Of a DNA stretch of 64,000 nucleotides, positions 1-10,883 are shown one piece after another; the stretch's first letter is position 1, and each line of letters begins with the position of its first letter. Origin of the DNA: an uncultured delta proteobacterium (GTDB lineage: Bacteria; Desulfobacterota; Binatia; UBA9968); contig CAVXEP010000012.1 of assembly GCA_963760795.1 (NCBI GenBank), forward strand, positions 288,001 through 352,000. Direction: 5' to 3'. Below the pieces are notes generated by a model that searched no databases, was not told the DNA's origin, and was given only the letters and a program-made list of their open reading frames with translations. Position numbers and translations under genes: made by a program.

Positions 1-378
1 CATCGAATAGAAAGGGTTGCTGGGGATGAACTCAAGGAAATTGAATCGCTGCGGCGGCTCGATCAGCGTCGAGCTAAAGAACGAGGCGGATTGCCAATTG
101 GGAAAACTGAGCGGAAAGATATACAAGACTGCGAAGGTCAACGCCCAGATCAGCACCAGCAGACTGCCGACGCGCAACGAAAGCCGGACAGCCTCTGCGT
201 ATTTCAATTTACCGAGGCCCGACATCAGAGTAATCATGATGTAGGGGAGCACGGCCATCTGCAGCAACTGGACGTAGGCTGCGCCAACGGCCTTGAGCGG
301 AGCCGTGATCTCGCCGAGGAAAATACCCGTCGCAATGCCCAGACCTAAGCCGAGAAATATTTTTGCCGATAAACTCAT
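1..378 (-). CDS. Dicarboxylate/amino acid:cation symporter (DAACS) family transporter, N-terminal part; runs off the window
   Basis: Not in the ORF track (no stop in window). Manual translation from ATG at 378: MSLSAKIFLGLGLGIATGIFLGEITAPLKAVGAAYVQLLQMAVLPYIMITLMSGLG...FIPSNPF, the typical DAACS N-terminus. Confidence 0.8.
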   Translation of the reverse strand, partial: MSLSAKIFLGLGLGIATGIFLGEITAPLKAVGAAYVQLLQMAVLPYIMITLMSGLGKLKYAEAVRLSLRVGSLLVLIWALTFAVLYIFPLSFPNWQSASFFSSTLIEPPQRFNFLEFIPSNPFYSM

Positions 379-528
379 GAGCAGCCTCAATTAATCTTCA
401 GTGCGGTTGACGTGACGCACCAGGCAACAGTCTTTACCTTAAAGCGACAATTAAAAAAACCTATAATTATAGTAGCAACACGATTCTGACAGGGGTTAAC
501 GACAAGGTAATTATGACAGGGTGGAAGG

Positions 529-891
529 ATGACCACTCTGACAATGAAAGACGAGAAACGACTAGAAGTAATACAACGGGTGGATCGCAAGGAACTGACC
601 GTGGGACAAGCCGCACTGGTGATGGGACTCAGCGAACGGCAATGTTACCGGGTCAAAGCCCGGGTCATTAAGGCTGGAGCCAAGGGCGTGGTTCACGGCC
701 ACCGAGGGCGGCCGTGTAAACGCAGGCTCAAAGACAGTACCGTATGGCGCGTCTTAGAATTAGCCCGAGGGAAATACCAAGGCTTCAACGACCACCCTCT
801 GACCGAGAAGCTCAATGAACAAGAACAGATCTCAGTCGCCACCAACAAGGTGACAGGTGGATTGTTTACCCAGACCGAAAGCTCGTGGTGA
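529..891 (+). mobile_element. Truncated ISNCY/IS1202-like transposase (N-terminal HTH only)
   Basis: MTTLTMKDEKRLEVIQRV...QAALVMGLSERQCYRVKAR...GVVHGHRGRP...YQGFNDHPLTEKL is a transposase HTH region. No DDE domain follows; the sequence degenerates after ~840. Confidence 0.75.
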
Positions 892-924
892 AAAAAAATG
901 AAAAAAAAAAAATTGATTGCTCGT

Positions 925-2500
925 GAGGTGTTGAGGCTTCACAGACCGGAAGATCGCGGCTTGCCGCTCTAACAAGCGCCATCACACCATTGGCTTATAT
1001 CGATATATGACAATAGCATTGTTGTTGGTTATGGCACTTGTCGATAAGAAATATGCAGCTGAGCATCCCAGCGCAAGAAAGTTTTGATTGAATTGGTAGG
1101 TTAATGGATTGTGTTGGGAGTTAGAATTAATGAAGTGATTGTTATGGTGATTGTTGTGTTTATAGTTGTAAGAGACAGATATTGAGAGTAAAAGTGTGGC
1201 AGGTGAGAAATTGAGCTCTGCTCGTTAGTCCTAGTGGGAAATATGGACTGCAATAGCGCATGGGATGGACACTGAGTGTTATCGCCCCGCAAAAACCGGC
1301 GCACATCGTCGCGGAATCGGATTCCACTCCTGACAAGTGTCGACACGAAGCTTCACACTTGATAAGACCCGCGGCATCCCACGCCTCCGCGATCAGCTTG
1401 GTGCCTGCCAACAAGGGATCCGATTCGATATCCCAGAGGACCGGCGGATTCGGCATCGGAAGACCTGCTCTCGTCGCGCGACAGGATAGATGCGAGATCG
1501 AAGCGAAAACCGTCGACGTGCATCTGCGTCACCAATAGCGCAGGCTATCCTGAATCAACCGGCGCACATGGGCTGGTTGGCGTTGAGCGTGTTGCCGCAG
1601 CCGGTGTAATCGGCATAACGCGATTTGTCCTTTTCAAGGATGTAGTAGAAGTTGTTGGCGAAACCGCGATAGCTCAAGGTAGGTCATCACGCTGCCTTCG
1701 GTGGTGTGATTGAAGACCACATCGAGAATGACTTCGATTCCGGCGCTGTGCAGCGCCTTCACCATGTCGCGAAATTCATCGAGCACGTCGAGCGGTTCCT
1801 TGCGCGAACTGTAGGCATGATGCGGCGCGAAAAATGAAACGGCTGGTAACCAGTAGTTGACGCGGCCACCTGGTGCATCCTGAGGATCGAACTGAAAAAC
1901 CGGCAAAAGCTCGACGGCGGTGACGCCAAATCTTTGAGGTAGGGAATTTTTTCGATCAATCCGGCATAGAACCGCTATTCACCGATGCTATGCCTGAGCT
2001 GGGATGACGCGTGAAGCCGCGCACATGAAGCTCGTAGATCACCGTCTCGGCGAAGGGTCGCTTCAGCGGCAAGTCGCCTTCACAGTCGTAGCGAGCGGGA
2101 TCGGCGACGACGCTTTTCATCGCTACCGCGGCATTGTCGCCGGGCCGGCTCGCGGCTTCGCGGTTATAGCGTTCGGGGAACGCCACGGCCAAACCATAAG
2201 GGTCGAGGAGAACTTTCTCGCCATCGAAGCGAAAACCTCGTTCCGGCGCGAACGGCCATGGGCTCGGTAGCCATAAACCTGGCCTGGTTTAAGGTTGGGA
2301 ACAAAGACATGCCAGTAGTGATAGGTGCGGTGCCGGTGAGCATCGAGAGGTATGACCGTTGCCGTCTGCGCGGAGTTTTCGTCGTCGAATAACAACAGCT
2401 CGATCAACGCGGCGTTTTTCGAAAAAACGCTGAAGTTGACGCCACCGGGATAGTCACTGGCGCCGAGAGGAGAGCTCGCGGCTTGCGATTCTGAAAACAC
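925..2500 (-). pseudogene. glgX: Glycogen debranching enzyme GlgX, multiply frameshifted and garbled (possibly sequencing error)
   Basis: Fragments in several frames: GVNFSVFSKNA, YWHVFVP, VIYELHVRGFT, DVVFNHT, HVDGFRFDLASIL, KLIAEAWDAAG; degraded TCHxFTLN and NNNA...WRLLERQAAIFRSVK reach ~925. Confidence 0.85.
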
Positions 2501-2506
2501 TGGCGT

Positions 2507-4830
2507 TCACTTGATCCTGTTGTTAACGGGCTATACGTTCCAGATATCGCGGCAATATTCCCGGATCGAGCGATCCGAAGAAAAGCGGCCAACCGAGCGC
2601 TGTTGAGGATCGACATGCGCGTCAGTTTTTCTGATCGCGGTACGCCTCACTCACTCGCTGTTGGCAGTCCACATAGGCCTGATAGTCGGCCAAGAGCATG
2701 TAGTCATCGCGGTTGAGCAGCGATTCCACGAGCGGGCGAAAAAGCTCGCAATCGCCGTTGGAGAAAAATCCCGAATCGATAAGGTCGATGGCCTCGCGCA
2801 GATCTGGGTTTGCTTCATAAGTGCTGCGCGGGTCGTAACCGTTCGCTTTTACGCTTTCCAACCTCCTCAGCCGTCAAGCCGAACAAAAAGAAATTTTCAT
2901 GGCCCACAGCGTCGCGGATCTCAATGTTGGCTCCGTCCAACGTGCCGATCGTCAGCGCACCGTTCATGGCGAATTTCATGTTGCCTGTGCCTGAGGCCTC
3001 TTTGCCTGCCGTGGAGATCTGTTCTGAAAGATCGGCGGCGGGGTAGACGCGCTGGCCGTTTTTGACGTTGAAGTCCGGCATGAAAACAACCTTGAGAACC
3101 TCAGAGACTTCTGGATCCTGATTGACGACCGCGGCGACGGAGTTGATCAGCTTGATGATCAGTTTAGCCATGCGGTATCCGGGAGCAGCTTTGCCGCCGA
3201 AGATCACAGTGCGCGGCGTTACTGCGGTCTCCGGAAACGCGCTTGAGCTGGTTATAAAGAGTGATGATGTAGAGCACGTTCAGGTGCTGCCGCTTGTATT
3301 CGTGCAGCCGCTTCACCTGAATGTCGAAGAGCGACTGCGGATCCACAGTGATGTCGGCGCGCTTATTGATGAAGGCGGCCAAGGCCGTTTGTTGTCGGAT
3401 TTGGTCGCTTGCCACTCGCGTTGAAAACCCGGATCGTCGACCACTGCTCGATGCGCTTCAAGCTCATCTTCGAGATCCGAAATCCATCGATCGCCGATTT
3501 TGTCGGTGATCAGCGCGCTCAGTTTTGGATTGCTGAGCGCTATCCAACGCCGCGGTGTCACGCCATTGGTGACGTTAAGGAATTTTTCCGGCGCCACGGC
3601 GTAGAAATCGCGGAGCACGGTTTGTTTGAGAAGCTCCGAATGGAGCGCCGCGACGCCGTTGATCGCGTGACTGCCTACGCTCGCAAGATGAGCCATGCGC
3701 ACATATTTTTCCCCGGCTTCATCGATCAGTGACAAGCGCCGAGAAGCTGATCATCGTCGGGATAGCGGGATCGCAATTCGTCGAGGAACCGGCGGTTGAT
3801 CTCGTAAATGATTTCGAGGTGACGCGGCAGAAGCTTGCCGAAAAGCGCCAGCGGCCATTTCTCAAGGGCCTCCGCAAGCAGCGTGTGATTGGTGTAGCCG
3901 CAAGTCCGCTGGGTAATTCTCCCAGGCCTGATCCCAATCCATCAAATGCTCGTCGACGAGAAGCCGCATTAATTCCGCAACGGCAATCGACGCATGGGTG
4001 TCGTTCTATTGCGCGGCCCAATAGGAATCGAACGCGTCGAGCTTTTTGCCCCGTATCAGATGCAAGCGGATCATGTCCTGCAGCGAGCAGGAGACGAAGA
4101 AATACTGCTGCGCCAGGCGCAGTCGCTTGCCAGCCTCAGGCTCGTCATTCGGATAGAGCACTTTCGAGATAGTTTCCGATATGATCTTCTCATCGACCGC
4201 GCCGTAGTAATCGCCAACGTTAAACGCTTCGAAATCGAACGATTCTGCGGCTTCCGCATTCCATAGTCGAAGGAGGTTTGTGGTAGGCACTCGGTAACCG
4301 GGCACAGGAGTGTCGTAGGCGACGCCTTTGACGACTTTTTCGGGAATCCAGCGGATGCGATAGCGGCCCTGCTCGTCGCAATAGCGTTCGGTGCGCCGCG
4401 AACTTATATCGAACGCTATTCGAGCGAACGATCTCGCAGGGGTTGCCGAAGCGCAGCCATTTGTCCGTGAGTTCCACTTGCCAGCCGTCGCGAATCGCCT
4501 GATCAAAAATTCCAAATTCGTAACGTATGCCGTAGCCAATCGCGGGCACGTTGAGCGTCGCGAGCGAATCCATGTAGCAAGCTGCCAAGCGGCCGAGTCC
4601 GCCGTTGCCCAGGCCCGGCTCTTCTTCCTGTTCCAGAAGATCAGCCAAGTTTTGTCCCACTTGGGCGACCGCCTTCTCTGTCGCCTGCCAGATACCGAGG
4701 TTGATCAGGCTGTTGCCCAGATGGGGTTACGTCAAAAATTCAGCTGAGAGATAAGCTACGGCCTTGATCGGTTTTTGCGCCTCGACGATTGCTTCCAGCG
4801 TCTCGCTATGGCGATCCAGAATTCGGTATG
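2507..4830 (-). pseudogene. glgP: Glycogen/starch phosphorylase, multiply frameshifted, N-terminus missing or garbled
   Basis: Fragments [68 protein letters not shown] (PLP lysine motif). Confidence 0.9.
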
Positions 4831-4923
4831 CTGACGACTCAACCCAATAGACCGACCTGACACAATCGCGTTGCTGTTAACAGTCATATTGACGTTGCTA
4901 CGACACAACCGACGCAGCTGGCA

Positions 4924-5205
4924 TCAGTCGAACTTCGCAACCGCATTTATCGGATCGATTTGGTAATCGACCCAACCATCGCGGATGCTCGGCATCCTGC
5001 CGATATGGCTGCGGACTTCGTCTTCAGATTCGCACTCCATAAGCATGTAAAAGCCCGGCACCGTGCCAACTTTAAATGCATGTTCGACGACGACACGTTT
5101 CCGAATCAACTCCCAAGATTCGTCAGCCGGTCCACCTTTGATCAAGGCTATGAATCCGTCACGGCTTTTGTCAGGACGTAAACCGCAGTTGACCATATAT
5201 TTCAT
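4924..5205 (-). CDS. Small protein, muconolactone isomerase/YciI-like dimeric alpha-beta barrel (putative)
   Basis: 93 aa with RBS AAGGAG; pattern GFYMLMECESEDEVRSHIGRMPSIRDGWVDYQIDPI resembles MIase-like C-termini. Confidence 0.55.
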   Translation of the reverse strand: MKYMVNCGLRPDKSRDGFIALIKGGPADESWELIRKRVVVEHAFKVGTVPGFYMLMECESEDEVRSHIGRMPSIRDGWVDYQIDPINAVAKFD

Positions 5206-5583
5206 TTTGTCTCCTTTACCTCTGTATCAGTCGCAAGCTCGGCGAACGGGGCAAAAAACCAGCGACAGAAAAACGGCTAGATCGTTCGCCCCCGCGGGAT
5301 AAAAATAAAGCTTGAATTCAAGCTAGAGGTGATTTTAGCATTGCGCCATGGGAAACCAAGCCACGCGCGGCCAGCCAAAAAAGTTTCATCCAAACGTAAC
5401 ATTTCGCCGCGTGGAATAAATTTCCCCAACCATTCAGGCGTAGTGGTAGAGGCCGCCAAGCAAGAAAAAAGAATGGCATTCAACAGAAGCACAGAGCTCG
5501 CAGCCCTGAACCCTGTCATTCCATGTTAGACATAGGGTCCACAACAATGCCCTGGTTTTCGGCTTTCGCGCTCTAACCCTCGC

Positions 5584-5955
5584 TCATCGTCCCATCCGCC
5601 GGTCGTAGGCGCGTGAGATATCGCTGGCCAATTTCGCATCCCCGCCCTGAGGGCCGCGCGCTGAGATTTCCACGCGGACTCTTCCGTCCGCCTGGGTCAT
5701 GACCATGATCGCCACTTCGCGGCTATCGTTGGCGCCGGTGATAACTCCCCGCGCGCGATCTTCAGACAGGATGCGGATGCCGACATCTTGCGCCGCGCCT
5801 AGGGCAGCGTTCCACGACCGGTCAAAGCTGCTGGCTGCAGGGGCGTAAGCAGGAACCGGCTCGTAGACCACACAGCCCGTGACGATAATCGGCGCCGCTG
5901 CAACGGTTAGTGCAAAACGCGCCATCCCTATGATTATGAAAACTTTTTCTTTCAC
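5584..5955 (-). CDS. Putative lipoprotein
   Basis: AAGGAG RBS before GTG at 5955; lipobox-like IIVTGC followed by a small soluble domain. Confidence 0.6.
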   Translation of the reverse strand: MKEKVFIIIGMARFALTVAAAPIIVTGCVVYEPVPAYAPAASSFDRSWNAALGAAQDVGIRILSEDRARGVITGANDSREVAIMVMTQADGRVRVEISARGPQGGDAKLASDISRAYDRRMGR

Positions 5956-6221
5956 TATGTTGTTCTCCTTTGGTCGTCCGTATCGAAGCGAGACTGCAAA
6001 GAAACGTTGTATGACCCGTCCTATTTGCGCATTCAGCCACATGCGCGCTTCATTCAGACGTCAGGCCGGAAAAAATTCGCTGGCCATGGGACGAATCCCT
6101 TGACGGTAAAAGCCTTGATTCAGACCGTCATTCTCTGGCTCTGATCTCCCGAATTATTGTCATTTCGCTCTGGCGAAGTTTGTCCTTCGACCTGCCGTTA
6201 AGGATTGAGCAATGAGATCCA

Positions 6222-7650
6222 TCACCGCCACCGCAATGTCTGACGCGCGCGCCGCACGACCGCGAAACGCGAGTATATCCCTTCATTGCCATCGCTCGGG
6301 CTGATGCTCACCAGATCGTAAAGCCCGCCGAAGCGGCTATCGCCGCCAGCGAGAGCGCGCAAGCGATTGCCGGCCATGACTTGGTAGCCGTCCAAATGGG
6401 TCCAATGCGGCCATTTTCCGAAACCCCGCTCGCGGCCAAAGCGCGCATATAGATCATAGGGAATGCAAACCAGGCGAAACTCGACCGGGTCCAGACCGAG
6501 GTCGTTCTGGAGGATTTCGCTTCCGCGACGCATGAGCGTGGACTCGATCTCGATACGAGAGTGGCCAACTCGTTTAGCAAACCCCAATGCCGCCAAAAGC
6601 TTTGACGGCGCGTCGGCCGATTCATCTTCGGCGAAGTCTTCCAGCAGCACGGTTTCCGCAGTCGGCGGCGGCAGGTAGCGCGCTCCTCCTGAATTGACAA
6701 AGATCTGCTGAATGAACTGTCCCGCGAGCACCCGACTCTCTTCGGTGTCGAGTTCAGCGGGAATTCCCAGCTCAGCCAGGGCGCGCGAGCGCAGCACCCC
6801 CTCACGTTCCATATCCGGATTGGACGGCACCGGCTGGTCGACATGGGTGTAAATGGCTTCCCGAACCTTGGCCAATTCGGCCAATGGCGCCGTGCGCGCT
6901 TGCACCAGTCCGAGATCGCGAGCCCGCTCGATCACTTGAGGTGGAAACGGCACGGAAAGATCGATGGGACATTGGTAGCGGCTGAGCTCCACCGGGGCGC
7001 TCCCCGGGGCGGCCGCGGCGCCGCTCTCTTTCCAGTCCTGCAGCTCTTTCGCCAGCCGTTGCAGCGCGGCGGCGTCGCCGCGTTCCGCGGCTTCCATGGC
7101 CAGCTGCTCCACTTGAGCCCGATCGCGCTGCGAACCCTTTTGCGAAGTGGCTGCGCTTTTCAGTTCCAGCGCGGCAAAATAGCCGCGCCGCTTGTCATAG
7201 AATGCGCTGCTAGCGCTGTCCAGTTTCGCCAGCGATGCAAAGGCGTTAGTCAACTGAGTGCGAAGTTCCGCTTGCCCTGCCAGGGCCTCCGCTCCAAGGT
7301 GTTTACCGGGTGAGAAGGGTTCAAAAACAACCGCATCCGCGTCGTAGACATCCTTTCCCATGACGGCCAGGTTGCGCATCTTCGCCAGCCCATTGGCGCT
7401 GGCTTTCGATCCGCGCCGACAGCTCGGCCGCTTGCGTCCACTCGCGGTGCAACACCGCCGTGCGGCTGCGGCGCACGAGGTCGTCGATCTCCTCACCGGT
7501 AGATCCAATGGCGCGATAGGCGATTTCATCCAGGGTGGAACTCAAAAGTTCGCGCGCCCGGCGCAGATGGATATCGCGATAGACCGTATCCAACTTAGCG
7601 ACTTCCACCAACAAACCAACAATCTTGATATTGTTTGCATCCTTTGCCAT
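6222..7650 (-). CDS. Hypothetical ~475-aa protein, split by one frameshift near 7390
   Basis: RBS GAGGA before ATG 7650; ORF 7321-7650 joins ORF 6222-7529 by a single indel; protein-like composition throughout. Confidence 0.7.
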
Positions 7651-7719
7651 TAACGTTTCCTCCTATCAAATTTACCAAAAAATTAGATCGATTAGCCCCG
7701 AACCAACATCCAGGATATG

Positions 7720-8958
7720 TCAACCGGTGGCCGTCTCCTCGCTAGCCTGAAACTCTGATGCCATGGAATTCAAAAACGAGAGTCTACTGACATAAAGCCC
7801 GATCGCCGGCAATGCGCTCAGCCCATGGGCAAAAATGCTGAGCAGCACGGTCGCCATGACCGCCAACCGGATTGTCGATTCACCCGGCAGGTTCGCTTGT
7901 CCCTCCAGATAAACCAAACCGAGAACGATGGACGCCAGCCCCCTAGGACCGAACCAGCCCATGAACAGCACAGTCCACCGACTCAGACCGGTGCCGGCGA
8001 GCGCCAGAGCCACCGGCACCATCCGCACCACTGTCAAGCTGAGGACCGCATACAGTACCAGGCTTGGGCTGAAATTTGTCCAGACCCGCCCGACGAACAA
8101 GCCGAATAAAAAGAAAACAAAGAAATTTAGCAACTGTCCCCAATCCTCGGCGAATTCCGTGGCCCGCTTGCCGGCGGGTGCAAAGCCCACCTGGACGGCC
8201 AGCCCGCCAACGTACGCCGCGATGAACATGCTCGCCTCGACGGCCTCGGACACCACCACGCAGAGCAGCGGAAGAGTGACCAGCCCGAGTGTCTGCCGCT
8301 CCGCCGCCATCCAGTTCCTGCGCTGAGCCAGACCCAGCAGCCAGCCGCCGCCCAGCCCGATGCCGAGGCCGACAAACGTACCGTAGGCGAGTTGCTCTTT
8401 GAAGAATCTCGTCAGCACCACGCCGGTGCCTTCGGTGGTACCCACGGCCAAGGCGATAAAGAACATCAGAAAAGGCACCGAGAGCCCATCGTTGACGCCG
8501 GCTTCGACGCTAAGAGACTGACGAATCCGCAGCGGCACCCGCGAGCTGTTGACGATCACCTGCCCAAGGCCGGCGTCGGTCGGCGCCAGGATCGCGGCGA
8601 GGATTCCCGCCTCCCAGACAGACAACCCATCAATGACCACCAAGGCGAAAACCGTTCCGAGTAGGATGGTAAGCAACATACCGGCACTCAGGAGGCGGAC
8701 CGGCAGATTGTAGTTGCCCTTGAGCACTTGCAGGTTGATATGGGCGGCGTCGGTGAAGAGCAGCATGACCAGGCCAAGCTCGGCAATGTGTAGCAACACC
8801 GTCCGCTCAAGCTCCAAGGTGGTCAGTTGCGGCGGCAGTAGGCAGATCAGCAGCCCAGCCGCGGTGAAAAGAATCGGCGCCGTAACGAGGGTTCGCTCCA
8901 ACCGGCGGGAGATCAGACTAAACAAAAGCACGATCAGGATGAAACCAGCGGTGATCAT
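7720..8958 (-). CDS. CPA1/NhaP-type cation:proton antiporter
   Basis: 412-aa polytopic membrane protein with LAPTDA, EAGVNDG and GWFGPRGLAS motifs. Confidence 0.9.
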   Translation of the reverse strand: MITAGFILIVLLFSLISRRLERTLVTAPILFTAAGLLICLLPPQLTTLELERTVLLHIAELGLVMLLFTDAAHINLQVLKGNYNLPVRLLSAGMLLTILLGTVFALVVIDGLSVWEAGILAAILAPTDAGLGQVIVNSSRVPLRIRQSLSVEAGVNDGLSVPFLMFFIALAVGTTEGTGVVLTRFFKEQLAYGTFVGLGIGLGGGWLLGLAQRRNWMAAERQTLGLVTLPLLCVVVSEAVEASMFIAAYVGGLAVQVGFAPAGKRATEFAEDWGQLLNFFVFFLFGLFVGRVWTNFSPSLVLYAVLSLTVVRMVPVALALAGTGLSRWTVLFMGWFGPRGLASIVLGLVYLEGQANLPGESTIRLAVMATVLLSIFAHGLSALPAIGLYVSRLSFLNSMASEFQASEETATG

Positions 8959-9147
8959 ATTAGTTCGACTGTCTGAGCAATCCGGCTCGCGTGGTCCATC
9001 TGCGCGCGGTTTCCCTGGGGCCGATCAACACGCAATTGACACTGATCCCGATGCGCACGCTCAGTGGTTATCTGCAGAGCCCGTTAGATCTCGCCAAGTA
9101 ATCATAAGCGTCGCTCTCACGATAATCTGCGCGCGGAACGCTTCTGA

Positions 9148-10827
9148 TCAGGACGTGCCGCCCGCCTTCGCCTGCAGCGCCTGGTAGCGTGCGATCGCCT
9201 CGCGGTCGTCGAACAGCATGCGCTCGCGCCCCAGTAGTTCATCATACCCCGAGGTTCGCACAACCTCGATCACGCCGGGGTTCAGACCCACTAGCCAACT
9301 CACGATGCCAAGTTCGATAGCGCGCTTCTCGCTTTCTATCAACATGCGCAGCGCCGAATATTCAAGATCGGGCACCCGGCTCATGTCAAACACCACCACG
9401 CGTGGCTTGTACTGTGCGATCAGTGCCAAGATCTGATCCGCGACATATTGCGCATTGACGAAGAACAGGCGCCCCTCAGGCCGCACGATCAGCAAGCCCT
9501 CGACTGTTTCATCGTCGGGGTTTTCGGACGACAGTGGTCGAAGCACGTCAGTACCACGCTTGCGGCCGATGACGGACACGCGCGGATATGCGGTCTGGCT
9601 CGCCAGCCCGATCAGCGACACGATAATGGCCACCACGATGCCCTTGAGCGTGCCGAACACCAGCACACCGGCACAGGCGATCAGCGCCCAGCGAAACTCC
9701 ATCGTGCGCACCTTGCGGATGGCAAGGAATTCCACTGGCTGGATCAGCCCGACCGAGTAGACGATGACCACCGCTGCCATCGTGGCGTTTGGCAGTAATC
9801 CCAACAAGGGTGCCAGCAGCAGCATGGTCGCCGCCGCGGCAGCCGCTGTCACCAGCGACGCCTTTTGCGACCGGGCTCCCGCGCCGCGCACGAGCGCAGT
9901 CTGCGAGGCGCCGCCGCCGCCCGGCATGGCACCGAACAGCGCGCCGCCGAGATTGGCAGCCCCGGTGGCGACCAGTTCGCGGTTGGCATTGATGGGGGGA
10001 TCTCCCGGGACGGTAAAGGCGCGACCCACCGCGATCGTTTCGGTGAAGCTCATCAGCGCCATCCCGAGCGCCCCCGGCACCAACTGCTCGATCAGCGCCA
10101 GATCCGGCAGCGTGAGCGATGGGAATCCTTGCGGAATCAGGCCGATCGTCGAGACTCCCAACGCCTGCAGGCCGAACAACCACGACGCGGCGATGCCGCC
10201 GCCAACCGCGACCAGTGACGCCGGGGAATGCGGCAGGAAACGCTCCATGCTGATCAGCACCAGGAACGTCGCGGCGGCAACCGCGAGCGTCAGCAGCGCG
10301 GTTTCTGGAATGTGCTGCGCGACGCTGACGACGTCGAAGAAGAAACCGCGCTTGGCGATGTGGATTCCCAGAAGTTTCGGCACCTGGTCCAGCACGATCA
10401 CCAAACCGATCCCCGCTTTGAAACCTGTCAGCACCGGCGCGGAAATGAAGTTGGCGACAAACCCCAGACGCATCAGCCTCGCCAGCAACAGCATCGCGCC
10501 GACCAGGGCGGTGAGCGTGGCGGTCGCCGTGACGAGCTTCGCCGGGTCGCCGTCCGGCACGGTCAGACCGAGCTGCGTGCCGGCCAGGATCGCCAGTGTG
10601 GTAGTGGAGCTGACGCTCAACACCCGCGACGAGCCGAGCAGCGCGTAGATCACCATCGGGATGAACGCGGTATACAGGCCGACCGCAACCGGCAAACCGG
10701 CAACCGTCGCGTAGGCCATGGCCTTCGGCAGAACCACCGCCGCGGCCGTCAGGCCGGCGATCACGTCGAAGCGCAATGCGGTGGTGCCGGACTGGCTTGC
10801 CTTTGCGTCTGTCGGATGCTGATTCAT
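9148..10827 (-). CDS. SulP family anion transporter with STAS domain
   Basis: DVIAGLTAAAVVLPKAMAYA...GLY, NRELVATGAAN, C-terminal STAS (LFFVNA...VVFDMSRV). Start placed at MNQHP, downstream of the ppk2 stop. Confidence 0.9.
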   Translation of the reverse strand: MNQHPTDAKASQSGTTALRFDVIAGLTAAAVVLPKAMAYATVAGLPVAVGLYTAFIPMVIYALLGSSRVLSVSSTTTLAILAGTQLGLTVPDGDPAKLVTATATLTALVGAMLLLARLMRLGFVANFISAPVLTGFKAGIGLVIVLDQVPKLLGIHIAKRGFFFDVVSVAQHIPETALLTLAVAAATFLVLISMERFLPHSPASLVAVGGGIAASWLFGLQALGVSTIGLIPQGFPSLTLPDLALIEQLVPGALGMALMSFTETIAVGRAFTVPGDPPINANRELVATGAANLGGALFGAMPGGGGASQTALVRGAGARSQKASLVTAAAAAATMLLLAPLLGLLPNATMAAVVIVYSVGLIQPVEFLAIRKVRTMEFRWALIACAGVLVFGTLKGIVVAIIVSLIGLASQTAYPRVSVIGRKRGTDVLRPLSSENPDDETVEGLLIVRPEGRLFFVNAQYVADQILALIAQYKPRVVVFDMSRVPDLEYSALRMLIESEKRAIELGIVSWLVGLNPGVIEVVRTSGYDELLGRERMLFDDREAIARYQALQAKAGGTS

Positions 10828-10883
10828 GCTGCCTATTCTCGGTTGCTGTGCAAGTTCATCCGGGGTCGATAATTCCTTGCCGC

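Noticed and set aside
890-1280. AT-rich tract as a possible foreign insert, leader or ncRNA
   Set aside because: It still carries degraded GlgX motifs in order, so it is best explained as garbled glgX.
5277-5519. 80-aa ORF with a signal-like start
   Set aside because: Sequence after the hydrophobic stretch is not protein-like; possible remnant only.
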